A program made the position numbers and the translations under genes. Positions 47,771 to 56,762 of a stretch of DNA of 64,000 nt are shown here, one piece after another. Under the pieces are notes generated by a model that made no database searches, was not told where the DNA came from, and saw nothing but the letters and a program-made list of their open reading frames with translations. Origin of the DNA: Candidatus Dormiibacterota bacterium (GTDB lineage Bacteria > Patescibacteriota > Saccharimonadia > UBA4664 > DATLOE01); the NCBI GenBank assembly GCA_035536395.1, contig DATLOE010000006.1:6899-70898 (forward strand), in the 5' to 3' direction. Positions within the stretch are counted from its first letter, which is position 1; every line of letters begins with the position of its first letter.

Positions 47771-47989
47771 CTACATGCGGTCTTCTTGGCCAGGTTCGGT
47801 TTCCTCTCCCTCAGTACCAGAGTGATCTAATTGCTCCCCAAAAGTTGGGTGGTTTTTTGTTTCTTCTCCAGAAAACTCTTCTTGAAGAGCGTCATTTAGC
47901 TCCGGATCCGCGTTTTGCTGGGCATCTCTTTTAATTTGTTCGCCAAACTCCATTCCCTCTGCGTCTTCACATTTCTGGTCTTGTGCCAT
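47771..47989 (-). CDS. Small acidic hypothetical protein
   Basis: AAGGAG RBS; followed by a terminator. Confidence 0.65.
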   Translation of the reverse strand: MAQDQKCEDAEGMEFGEQIKRDAQQNADPELNDALQEEFSGEETKNHPTFGEQLDHSGTEGEETEPGQEDRM

Positions 47990-48099
47990 ACTGTCTCCTT
48001 TTAATTACTTGGGTATTATTTTAACGGTATTACAGATAAGGGAGGTAGTTGCAGGCTCACAAAATAGCTCGCTCTCACAAGCGGATTTTTGGCAAAACT

Positions 48100-48146
48100 G
48101 GCACAAAAACACACCAGTTTGAACTGATGCGTTTTTGGTGGAGCTG
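48100..48146 (-). repeat. Duplicated tmRNA 3' end plus terminator (att-like)
   Basis: AACTGATGCGTTTTTGGTGGAGCTG is identical at 48122-48146 and 48610-48634; similarity extends to ~47 nt. Confidence 0.85.
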
Positions 48147-48247
48147 AGTTAACCCGGCCTGAGATATCATAACTATTACGCCCCGCCGGTTATCCGACGA
48201 GGCGTTTGCTGGTTTGTCATATATGAGGGTCCTAGCACATCTTCACT

Positions 48248-48499
48248 TCATTTGTTCAGCAGCCATATGCCTATTCCAGCTGGCACTAAAGCAGCCGCCC
48301 ATTGGCCCATGACAACCAAAGCAACTGCTATGGCGAGGTTGCCAAGTACAATAACTCCGAAGAAGGCAACTAGTAAAAATTCAAGAGGGCCAAGCCCGGA
48401 GCCTGGTGTCGCCCGTGGGCCTTCCTGGGTGGAAAAATATGATCCATCTCCTCTTGAGGAGTCACAACCACAACTCGATTCGCAGCCATAACCATGCAT
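48248..48499 (-). CDS. Small membrane protein between the tmRNA repeats
   Basis: GGAG RBS; MHGYGCESSCGC... with two C-terminal TM helices. Confidence 0.55.
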   Translation of the reverse strand: MHGYGCESSCGCDSSRGDGSYFSTQEGPRATPGSGLGPLEFLLVAFFGVIVLGNLAIAVALVVMGQWAAALVPAGIGIWLLNK

Positions 48500-48623
48500 T
48501 TCCACTCCTAATGCTCTGTTGTTAAGGTGGCAAGATGTTACCACCAACCTGATAATTGGTCAACATTCATACACTGGGGGTATTAGTGGCAACAAAAAAG
48601 CACCAGATAAACTGATGCGTTTT

Positions 48624-49011
48624 TGGTGGAGCTGCGGGGAATTGCACCCCGGTCCGAAAGCTAACAAAATGTTCTTCTACAGGCTTAGACCGCTTAGCTG
48701 GGGTAAGCCCCGCTTAGGTAACGATCTGTAAGCGGACCAAATAACCGTTACTGCAGCCTAATGTCTTAAAAGCAGCCGTTAGGCGCCAGCTGCTTAGCAG
48801 CCAGAAAATATAACACCGGCGAGCCCCCATCTGGCGTCAGGTGCCGATGGCTTACGGGTTTAAGCGTAAGCTGGTGCGAGCTGAAGACCGCTAAAAGCAG
48901 TCTTAACCCGCGAAACAATCGAGTTGACGGTTGTTTATGGGTGGATTTAACGCATTCCTGCGGCCTGCAAAACAAATTGAAAATGTACTTTCGTCGAAGC
49001 TTATCAGCCCC
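48624..49011 (-). ncRNA. ssrA: tmRNA
   Basis: 5' GGGGCTG...TTCGAC, 3' CAGCTCCACCA with G3.U pair; internal tag ORF ending LAPAYA-stop at 48860-48928; smpB nearby. Confidence 0.95.
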
Positions 49012-49079
49012 ATAGCGAACTATATTAACAGGTTTGGGCGGTAATTTCAAGGAGTGGGGGTGCAGTATGGCTCTTATGT

Positions 49080-50018
49080 TTGCAAGGTGCTATATTAAAG
49101 CAAATGAGGAAGAACATAACCGCCAGACGGGTTGTAATAACTTCTTTTCTAGTCGATCTGAGCGACGTAATCTTAAATGTGACAGCGGCTATCTTATCCG
49201 GCAGTGTGGTGGTACTAACCGAGGCCATGCAGGGCGCTGCGGATTTGCTGACGGCTGGCCTTTTGTGGATGGGGGTCAGTCGCTCAAAGAGGCGGGCAGA
49301 TAGGAGGCATCGCTTCGGCTATGGCAAAGAATTATTCTTCTGGATACTTATGGCCGGTATTTCGATGTTTTTCTTAACTGCCGGGGTCTCTTTTTACCTG
49401 GGCCTGCAGCGCTTTTTGCACCCGCGGCCGATTCATAACCTGGAGTTTGCGTACTTAGTACTGGCAATCGGGGTGGTGACTAATGCTTATGCCCTACGCC
49501 TCAGCTTGCATCGCCTGCATATTAATCGCCATACCCGAGTGGAGGATTTATGGAGCAGGGTTGGCGGCTCCAGCTTTGTAGAGACAAAAGCTACCACCAT
49601 TCTGGATCTAATGGGCACCACAGCTGCTGCTCTAGGCCTAGTAGCATTGGTGGTATACGGCGTCACCGGCGATCTAAGGTTTGATGGTATCGGCGCCATG
49701 GTAGTCGGATTGGTATCTGGTATATTCGCGATTCTTCTAATACTTGAGGTTAAGGAATTCATTATCGGTCGCAGCGCTCCTCAAGAGCTAGAAGAACGCA
49801 TCCGTAAGGTAGCCGAATCGGTAGAGGGTATAAAGAAGGTTCTAGACCTTAGAACCATGCAAATGGGCTCAGACAGGGTGCTGGTGAATATGGAGGTACA
49901 TATAAACAGAAACCTAAATGCCAAACAAATTGAGAAGCTAATGGATGATCTCAAGAAAAGGGTTAAAACCAGTGTGCCAGAAGTACAGCATATTCAAGTA
50001 GAGATAGAAACGCCTTAA
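49080..50018 (+). CDS. Cation diffusion facilitator family transporter (start may be 49104)
   Basis: SGS..LTEA....AD, H.FGYGKELFFW, HIQVE motifs. Confidence 0.9.
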   Translation: MQGAILKQMRKNITARRVVITSFLVDLSDVILNVTAAILSGSVVVLTEAMQGAADLLTAGLLWMGVSRSKRRADRRHRFGYGKELFFWILMAGISMFFLTAGVSFYLGLQRFLHPRPIHNLEFAYLVLAIGVVTNAYALRLSLHRLHINRHTRVEDLWSRVGGSSFVETKATTILDLMGTTAAALGLVALVVYGVTGDLRFDGIGAMVVGLVSGIFAILLILEVKEFIIGRSAPQELEERIRKVAESVEGIKKVLDLRTMQMGSDRVLVNMEVHINRNLNAKQIEKLMDDLKKRVKTSVPEVQHIQVEIETP

Positions 50019-50048
50019 TACATGTGCTTTTGGTACAATACTTAAGCT

Positions 50049-51353
50049 ATGTATGACGAACTAGAGATTTATTCGGACGAAATAACCCCCAAGCCAAGGA
50101 GGAGCCAGCGGTTGAAGAAATTCTTAATCGGTTTTGTGGCCCTGGCTTTGGTTGGTGCGGCAGTCTTTGTGCTACTGAACTTATTTAAGACATCTGTTAA
50201 CCCTTTTAGTTTCGGTTTACTACGAGGCGAGCTAGATGGCCGGGTAAATATAATGCTACTGGGGGTGGGTGACCCGGGCCACGCTGGTGAAACCCTGACT
50301 GACACCAATATACTCATGAGCGTTAACACCAGGACCAAGCAGGTTTCTACCGTCAGCATACCTCGTGATCTGAGAGTGGCCTTGCCAAAGGGTGGCTATG
50401 GCAAGATTAACCAAGCGCATTCCAAGGGGGGTATACCAGGCGCCGAGGAGGTATTTGAGGAAACATTGGGCGTACCAGTTCACTATTACGTCAGGGCCAA
50501 CTTTACGGGGCTCAGGCAGGCAGTTGATGCGGTGGGAGGCATTGATATTGAGGTTAAGGAGTCCCTATACGACCCGGAATATCCCTGTGATAAAAATCAG
50601 TATCGCAGCTGTGGCTTCAGGCTGGCAAAGGGCCAGCAGCATATGAATGGCACGACGGCGCTTAAGTATGTCCGTTGCCGTAAGGGCAATTGTGGCGATG
50701 ACTTTGGTAGGGCACAACGCCAGCAGGAGGTGATGCAGGCTATTCGCGCGAAGGCGACCGGGCTGGATACCATTACTAACCCTTACCGGCTGGGCAAGCT
50801 GATTGCGGCTACAGGTAGTAATATCAAAACCAACTTAAGTGTAAACAACATCCTGCGCCTAAATGACCTAACCAAAGATACGGCGCAAGATCAAATGATA
50901 GGTGTGGTGCTTAGCCTGCAGCCAGACGGGTTCTTGGTGTCTTCAAAGACGAGCAGCGATCTGGTGCCCAGGGGTAATGATTTCGATGACATCCATTCCT
51001 TTGTGCAGAAGATTTTTAGCCTCGGCCCCGTCTGGACAGAGCATCCCACTCTTCAAATCGAAAACGGTACTACTACCATGGGAACTGCCGGGCAGGTTAA
51101 ATCTAAGATCGAGCGGGATGGCTACACCATTAATGTCACCGGTCTCGCCAATGCTTTAAAGCGTGATTATACCGCCACCCAGATTATCGATTACACTGGT
51201 GGCAAGAAGAAGCATACGATTGCTTACCTGGAAAAGCTGCTGGGGGTTAAGGCGGTGCCTCCGCCCACACCAGTTAAGGTGCCCCTGGCCGACTTTCGAG
51301 TGATCGTGGGAACTGATTTTGTACAAGCTAACACCAAGCCCTCCGCGCAGTAA
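50049..51353 (+). CDS. LCP (LytR-CpsA-Psr) protein with LytR_C domain
   Basis: LTDT, SIPRDL, KINQAH, DFGRAQRQQ; C-terminal NGT...VIVGTD. Confidence 0.92.
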   Translation: MYDELEIYSDEITPKPRRSQRLKKFLIGFVALALVGAAVFVLLNLFKTSVNPFSFGLLRGELDGRVNIMLLGVGDPGHAGETLTDTNILMSVNTRTKQVSTVSIPRDLRVALPKGGYGKINQAHSKGGIPGAEEVFEETLGVPVHYYVRANFTGLRQAVDAVGGIDIEVKESLYDPEYPCDKNQYRSCGFRLAKGQQHMNGTTALKYVRCRKGNCGDDFGRAQRQQEVMQAIRAKATGLDTITNPYRLGKLIAATGSNIKTNLSVNNILRLNDLTKDTAQDQMIGVVLSLQPDGFLVSSKTSSDLVPRGNDFDDIHSFVQKIFSLGPVWTEHPTLQIENGTTTMGTAGQVKSKIERDGYTINVTGLANALKRDYTATQIIDYTGGKKKHTIAYLEKLLGVKAVPPPTPVKVPLADFRVIVGTDFVQANTKPSAQ

Positions 51354-51387
51354 TGGCAATTCTTATCTGACCTGCTAAAATAGCGGT

Positions 51388-51753
51388 ATGTTAGCATTAG
51401 CATTTTTAGAGTGGTGGTATGGCCGTGGCTGGAAGCTTTTTGCAGGTAAACAGCTAGGCAGTATTAAGCATCTTATGTTGGCTTTCTCCGTGCCGTTACT
51501 AGCTAGGACTCTGTTTGCACCTTGGAAGCAGATTATTTCTTACAGCGACGACTCACTGGCAATGAATATGAGGGTACTTTTAGATAACACGGTTTCGCGG
51601 GTGGTTGGCTTCGGTGTGCGAATAATTGTTTTGTTCGCAGCCTTTTTACTGTCTGCAATTTGGCTTGCAGTTAGCTTGGCTGGTTTAATTCTGTGGCCAT
51701 TATTACCAATAGCATCAATAGTGCTAATAATAGGGGGCTTAGTATGGATGTAA
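51388..51753 (+). CDS. Hypothetical membrane protein coupled to the Clp ATPase
   Basis: WWY...RTLFAPWK...SRVVGF..R pattern; overlaps the next gene. Confidence 0.75.
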   Translation: MLALAFLEWWYGRGWKLFAGKQLGSIKHLMLAFSVPLLARTLFAPWKQIISYSDDSLAMNMRVLLDNTVSRVVGFGVRIIVLFAAFLLSAIWLAVSLAGLILWPLLPIASIVLIIGGLVWM

Positions 51754-54146
51754 CCCGGGTAAAAATCACAACACCCCGTTTAAAGAAGGCTAAATTGGCC
51801 GAATATTTTAGCCGAAGGGTGTTGCTTGCGGCTAAAATCATTACTTTAGTTTTGGCGGTAGGCGCACTTTATCTTCTAGCAAGCGGATCTGGATTTGGCT
51901 GGACACTCATGGGCTTAGCTCTAGCTGGGTTGATATTGCAAGCTTGGGCGAATTGGGACCTTTCCAATCTGCCGCCATCCAAACCGCTAAGCGAGGCCAG
52001 TAAGCTAGATGACGTATTGACCGCACCTTTGCTGGCCCATTATCCCAGCATCAGCAAGACAGCCGAACTCTGGGCGGTGATTAAAAAACAGCCCGAAGCC
52101 GTGTTTTTAATGAACCGCCTAACGATGCATCCGGAAGAAGTAGAGCAGATTATTCAATCTAGCCCAGTTGGCATTACCCAGGTTTGGGAGGCTGCAAAGG
52201 GGCTGGCGCTGCACGAAGGCAGTCGGGTAATTGACGCAGCCCATGTATTTGCAGCCCTGCTTGCAGTAAGTCCTGGCTCAAAACTCTACTTTGATCAAAT
52301 CAAGCTAGATATTGATGACCTTGAAGCCGGCCTCAACTGGCTTCGTCAGATAAAAACTATGTCCGATGAAGCCAAAAAGAAGGGATACTTTGGTGGAATT
52401 GGCAGAGATTGGTCGGCCGGATACACTCCCGTGCTCAAGCGGTTTGGTGTGAATATCAGTCGCAGTATAGAAGCCGGTGCTAGCTACAGAGTGACGAGTA
52501 GCCGGCAGGAAACAATTGATAGGATGCTAACATATCTGCAAAGCTCTTCTCGGTCCAGCGTGGCTTTGATCGGTCCCCCTGGTTCTGGTAAAACCACATT
52601 AGTTTACGGTTTTGCAGAGAGAATCCTTAAAGGCCGTCAGGTTGGCAACCTGGCATACTACCAGGTGGTGGTGCTCAACCCCTCACTTATTATCTCAAGC
52701 CAAACTTCAATTGAAGAGACGGTTTTAACCTTGCTAGGAGAAGCGGGCCACGCCAAAAACATAATTCTTTTCCTAGATGATGCTCAACTGTTTCTTAACC
52801 AAGGGGTGGGGTCGGTTGATCTCTCGCAAGTTTTGCTGCCTATTTTACAACAGAGCAATATTAAGCTGGTTATGGCGCTGACAGACACGGACTGGCAGAA
52901 GCTAAAGGCGGCTAAACCGGCCCTGGCTACCATTCTTAACCATGTGGCGGTTCCCAATATGAGCGAGCCGGATGTGGTTGATACCCTGCAGGAGTCGGCT
53001 GTTTATATTGAGCATAAAAGCCGGGCTTTAATTACTATGCAGGCTATTAAAGAAGCTCTACGTTTGTCCGATCGATACCTGCAAGAGGAGGCCTTCCCAG
53101 GCAAAGCCGTACGCTTACTGAGCGACGCTTCTAATTATCCTGACGGCAGTTTAATCACCGCCAAATCTGTTCAGAGCGCTATTGAATCGATGACTGGCGT
53201 AAAGGCCGTATCGGCGGATGAGACCGAGAAGAAAGAACTGGTAAACCTAGAAGAGCGGATACATAAACAAATGGTCAATCAATCACGGGCGGTAAGTGTG
53301 GTGGCTAATGCCCTCCGACGGGTGCGATCTGGGGTTGGTAACCCAAAGCGCCCTTCGGGTAGCTTTTTATTCCTCGGGCCTACAGGAGTGGGTAAGACCG
53401 AGCTTGCCAAGGCTCTCGCCAATGTTTACTTCGGCGGCGCCGAAAAAATGATACGAGTCGATATGAGTGAATACCAGCAGCCAAGCGATGCCACTAGGCT
53501 GCTGGCGGCCTCTCCAGACAAATCAAGCGGTTCAACTCTAATTAGTAGTGTTCGATCCCAGCCTTTTAGTGTGGTGCTGTTAGATGAGGTAGAGAAGGCT
53601 CACCCAGATATTCTTAATCTTCTTTTACAGCTACTCGATGAAGGCCACTTAACAGATTCAGATGGTCGCAAAGTTTCTTTCAAGGAATGTATTATAATCG
53701 CTACCTCTAACGCCTCGGCCGATGAAATAAGGAGGCGAGTAGAAGCCGGCGAAGACCTGGCAGACTTCGAAAAGACGATTATTAGCCAGCTGACCAGTAG
53801 TCATCAGTTTCGCCAAGAGCTTCTGAATCGCTTTGACGAGATCGTCTTATTCCGGCCACTTTCAAAAAATGAGCTAGCTCAGGTAGTAGAGCTTATGTTA
53901 GCTGAGGTAAACAACAATCTTAAACCACAGAAACTATCTGTTGAGCTTACTCCGGGTGCCATCCAATGGATGATTGAGGCCGGGTACGACCCCAGGCTGG
54001 GAGCCCGTCCAATGAGGAGGGTAGTGCAAAAAGCAGTAGAGAACGTGGTGGCTAAGAAGATCCTAGAGAATAAGATAACTTCAGGTGAAACCGTTCGGCT
54101 AGATGTATCTGATATCCGGGAAACAGATAATACTACTTCTCAATAA
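51744..54146 (+). CDS. ClpA/ClpB-family AAA+ ATPase with N-terminal TM helices
   Basis: GPPGSGKT and GPTGVGKT Walker A, LLDEVEKAH, GARPMRR; hydrophobic N-terminus. Confidence 0.88.
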   Translation: MDVTRVKITTPRLKKAKLAEYFSRRVLLAAKIITLVLAVGALYLLASGSGFGWTLMGLALAGLILQAWANWDLSNLPPSKPLSEASKLDDVLTAPLLAHYPSISKTAELWAVIKKQPEAVFLMNRLTMHPEEVEQIIQSSPVGITQVWEAAKGLALHEGSRVIDAAHVFAALLAVSPGSKLYFDQIKLDIDDLEAGLNWLRQIKTMSDEAKKKGYFGGIGRDWSAGYTPVLKRFGVNISRSIEAGASYRVTSSRQETIDRMLTYLQSSSRSSVALIGPPGSGKTTLVYGFAERILKGRQVGNLAYYQVVVLNPSLIISSQTSIEETVLTLLGEAGHAKNIILFLDDAQLFLNQGVGSVDLSQVLLPILQQSNIKLVMALTDTDWQKLKAAKPALATILNHVAVPNMSEPDVVDTLQESAVYIEHKSRALITMQAIKEALRLSDRYLQEEAFPGKAVRLLSDASNYPDGSLITAKSVQSAIESMTGVKAVSADETEKKELVNLEERIHKQMVNQSRAVSVVANALRRVRSGVGNPKRPSGSFLFLGPTGVGKTELAKALANVYFGGAEKMIRVDMSEYQQPSDATRLLAASPDKSSGSTLISSVRSQPFSVVLLDEVEKAHPDILNLLLQLLDEGHLTDSDGRKVSFKECIIIATSNASADEIRRRVEAGEDLADFEKTIISQLTSSHQFRQELLNRFDEIVLFRPLSKNELAQVVELMLAEVNNNLKPQKLSVELTPGAIQWMIEAGYDPRLGARPMRRVVQKAVENVVAKKILENKITSGETVRLDVSDIRETDNTTSQ

Positions 54147-54486
54147 CAGAAAAAGTATTGTGCGACATAAAGCCCTTATGCTTACAAAGGCAGAACGGTA
54201 TGCTGTCTAGCGCTTAAATCGTCTGAGTAGCACCGACTGTACGTTATAGGAGGATGTTTGGCTTGTGGTTAAGGCCCAATTATTGGCTGCGTATTGCGTA
54301 AGTAGCCAGCCGCGCATAATAAACAGTTTTTTGCGGCCTGTAATGTAGTTCGGAACGCGCAAAAAAGTAAAAAAATAATGCCTCAAAATTAATAAAACTT
54401 CAAAAATAATTTTTATTTTTAAACTTAGTGCAAAAAGATGGGTGATGGGCTAATGCTTAATCTAGCTTTTAAGCAATAGATGCTAA

Positions 54487-54571
54487 TACCAAAATAACGG
54501 CTTTGCTAAGCCGTTATTTTGGTGGTGTTGGTTTTGTTTTTGTTTTGAGTACTTAATTTGTTCAAGTACCT
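54487..54571 (-). ncRNA. Candidate ~85-nt small RNA with A/C-rich single-stranded core
   Basis: TTGACA-N17-TAATCT promoter (54578-54606) with AT-rich upstream tract, 5' hairpin, perfect 16-bp terminal stem 54488-54523; no ORF. Confidence 0.45.
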
Positions 54572-54676
54572 ATTTCAAGATTACTCACTAAAAAAAAGCC
54601 TGTCAATACATTTTTTTGAGTTTTTATAAAAAACTTTTTAAGAAAATTAAAAAAAGACTAAAAAATTAAATACTAA

Positions 54677-55117
54677 TTAGCGCGGCAGTTCTTTGGCCGT
54701 GTCGCGAATTTGATCGCGTTTTTTTATTAGCTGCCGTTTGTCATATTTTTTACGCCCGCGGCCAATTCCGATTTCTAATTTAATTAAGTTACGATCCTCA
54801 GCCAGCGAAAGGGGGACAATAGCGGCTCCAGCTTGCTTGTAGCCTGTCAGCTGTTCCAGCTCTCTCTTGTGCAATAGCAGCTTACGCGGCCGGTCAGGGT
54901 CTAGCCTGGAGCTATTCCCGGCCCGGTTATAGGGAGTAAAATGGGCGTTTGATAGATAAGCCTCTCCATCTTTCAGGGATACAAAGCTGCCCTTTAAGCT
55001 GACCTGTCCAAGTTTGCCGCTCTTTACCTCGGCCCCAGATAGCACAAGCCCCGCGGTCATCTTATGTTCGATCGCATAGTCGTAGCCGGCCCGCCTGTTT
55101 TTAGCCAGAATTTTCAT
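54677..55117 (-). CDS. smpB: SsrA-binding protein
   Basis: NRRA..DY, AGLVLSGAEVKS, RKLLLHK, GRKKYDKR. Confidence 0.96.
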   Translation of the reverse strand: MKILAKNRRAGYDYAIEHKMTAGLVLSGAEVKSGKLGQVSLKGSFVSLKDGEAYLSNAHFTPYNRAGNSSRLDPDRPRKLLLHKRELEQLTGYKQAGAAIVPLSLAEDRNLIKLEIGIGRGRKKYDKRQLIKKRDQIRDTAKELPR

Positions 55118-55163
55118 AGGGCTATTATAGCTTTATAACGCCAGATTGTAACCTGATGATATA

Positions 55164-56762
55164 ATGAACTTTGTTATGGTCTTAAGGGAAATTTCAGAAA
55201 TTGTTGCTAAGGCGGTTTGGACGGAGTTTAAGGTTAAAACCGCCCCCCAAATCAGCTATGCCGAGCCAAAGTTCGGTGATTTTGCTACTAATATCAGCTT
55301 TGAGCTTGCAAAAACATTGAAACAGAACCCGAAGCAAATTGCAGAGGGTATTGCGAGCAATATCAAACATCCTCAGATAGAGAAGGCTTCTAGTGTGGGC
55401 GGATTCGTGAATATCGTAGTGGCAGAGAGCTACTGGGTAGATTGCTTGAAGAAGATCAAACCTGGCTATGGACAAAGCAAGCCTCGAAAAGGTCAGAAAG
55501 TTCAGGTGGAATTCATATCAGCCAACCCCACAGGGCCGCTGACGCTGGGTAATGCCCGGGGTGGATATCTAGGGGATGTGTTATCTCGGGTGCTCGATCA
55601 TGCTGGCTACAAAACTACCAGTGAATATTACTTTAATGATGCTGGCACTCAGATCAGTAAGCTGGTCGAGTCGGTGAAGCACCAAGCCGGTATCATTAAA
55701 GCCAGTCAGGTTGAATACCAGGGTAAGTATATCGAGGAGCTGGCCAGCGATCTGAAAAATGAATTAAAAAGCCGATCCGACGAAGATTTAGCCGGAATAT
55801 TAACCAAAGAGGTCTCCAGGCGCTATATCAAAGAAGCTATTACCAGGATGGGTATTGAATTTGATGAGTGGTTTAATGAAAAGTCGCTGATTTCTAGCGG
55901 AGAACTCGAAAAAGCGCTTGAGTTGCTGCGCAAAAAAGGCCTGACATACGAGAAAGATGGGGCTTTGTGGCTGAAATCAACTGATTATGGAGATGAACGT
56001 GATCGTGTGCTACAGAAAAGCAACGGAGATGTTACGTATTTAGGTACCGATATTGCCTACCACCTTAATATCTTCGAGCATCGCAGATTCGATCGCGCAA
56101 TTAAAATCTGGGGGGCCGATCACGCCGGACAGGTTCCCTCCTTAAATCTGACCATGAAGCGCTTGATCCCAGATTGCCGCCTCGATTTTGTGATAGTTCA
56201 ATGGGTGCGTCTAGTCCAAGGGGGTAAAGAGGTAAAAATGAGCAAGCGAGCTGGCAGCTTCGTTACGGTGGATGAACTTATAGATGAAATTGGCTCCGAT
56301 GTAGCCAGATTTTTCTTTCTGATGCGCTCAGCTACCAGCCATATGGATTTCGATCTTAGCTTAGCCAAGGAGCAATCCCAGAAAAACCCCTTATTTTATG
56401 TGATGTACTCTTACGTGCGAGCCCACTCCATATTAGCTCAAGCTGCCTCTAAGCAGTTGAAGCCTTCTAATTCCCTTGAGAGGCTTAACACCACGGAATC
56501 AGAATTGGTTAAGTATATGACTCGGCTGCCTGATTTAATTTCAGAGATAGCAGAGAGTTATGAGGTACATCATTTGAGTTTCTTCGCCACCCAGCTTGCC
56601 AAGAAGTTTCATGATTTATATGAATCAGAGAGAATTATTGACCTAAATCAAGAAACAGCAGAATGCAAGTTGTATTTAATACAACAATACATTACATTTA
56701 TGGAAATATTATTTAATATAATTGGTGTAACACCAATCAAGAAGATGGAGCCTAAAGTTTAG
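55164..56762 (+). CDS. argS: Arginyl-tRNA synthetase (start may be 55176)
   Basis: GDFATN, EFISANPTGPL, WGADH, KMSKR motifs. Confidence 0.95.
   Translation: MNFVMVLREISEIVAKAVWTEFKVKTAPQISYAEPKFGDFATNISFELAKTLKQNPKQIAEGIASNIKHPQIEKASSVGGFVNIVVAESYWVDCLKKIKPGYGQSKPRKGQKVQVEFISANPTGPLTLGNARGGYLGDVLSRVLDHAGYKTTSEYYFNDAGTQISKLVESVKHQAGIIKASQVEYQGKYIEELASDLKNELKSRSDEDLAGILTKEVSRRYIKEAITRMGIEFDEWFNEKSLISSGELEKALELLRKKGLTYEKDGALWLKSTDYGDERDRVLQKSNGDVTYLGTDIAYHLNIFEHRRFDRAIKIWGADHAGQVPSLNLTMKRLIPDCRLDFVIVQWVRLVQGGKEVKMSKRAGSFVTVDELIDEIGSDVARFFFLMRSATSHMDFDLSLAKEQSQKNPLFYVMYSYVRAHSILAQAASKQLKPSNSLERLNTTESELVKYMTRLPDLISEIAESYEVHHLSFFATQLAKKFHDLYESERIIDLNQETAECKLYLIQQYITFMEILFNIIGVTPIKKMEPKV

Noticed and set aside
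54160-54186. dif-like palindrome GTGCGACATAA-AGCCC-TTATGCTTACA
   Set aside because: The spacer is 5 nt rather than 6 and the right arm departs from TTATGTTAAAT; not supportable as dif.
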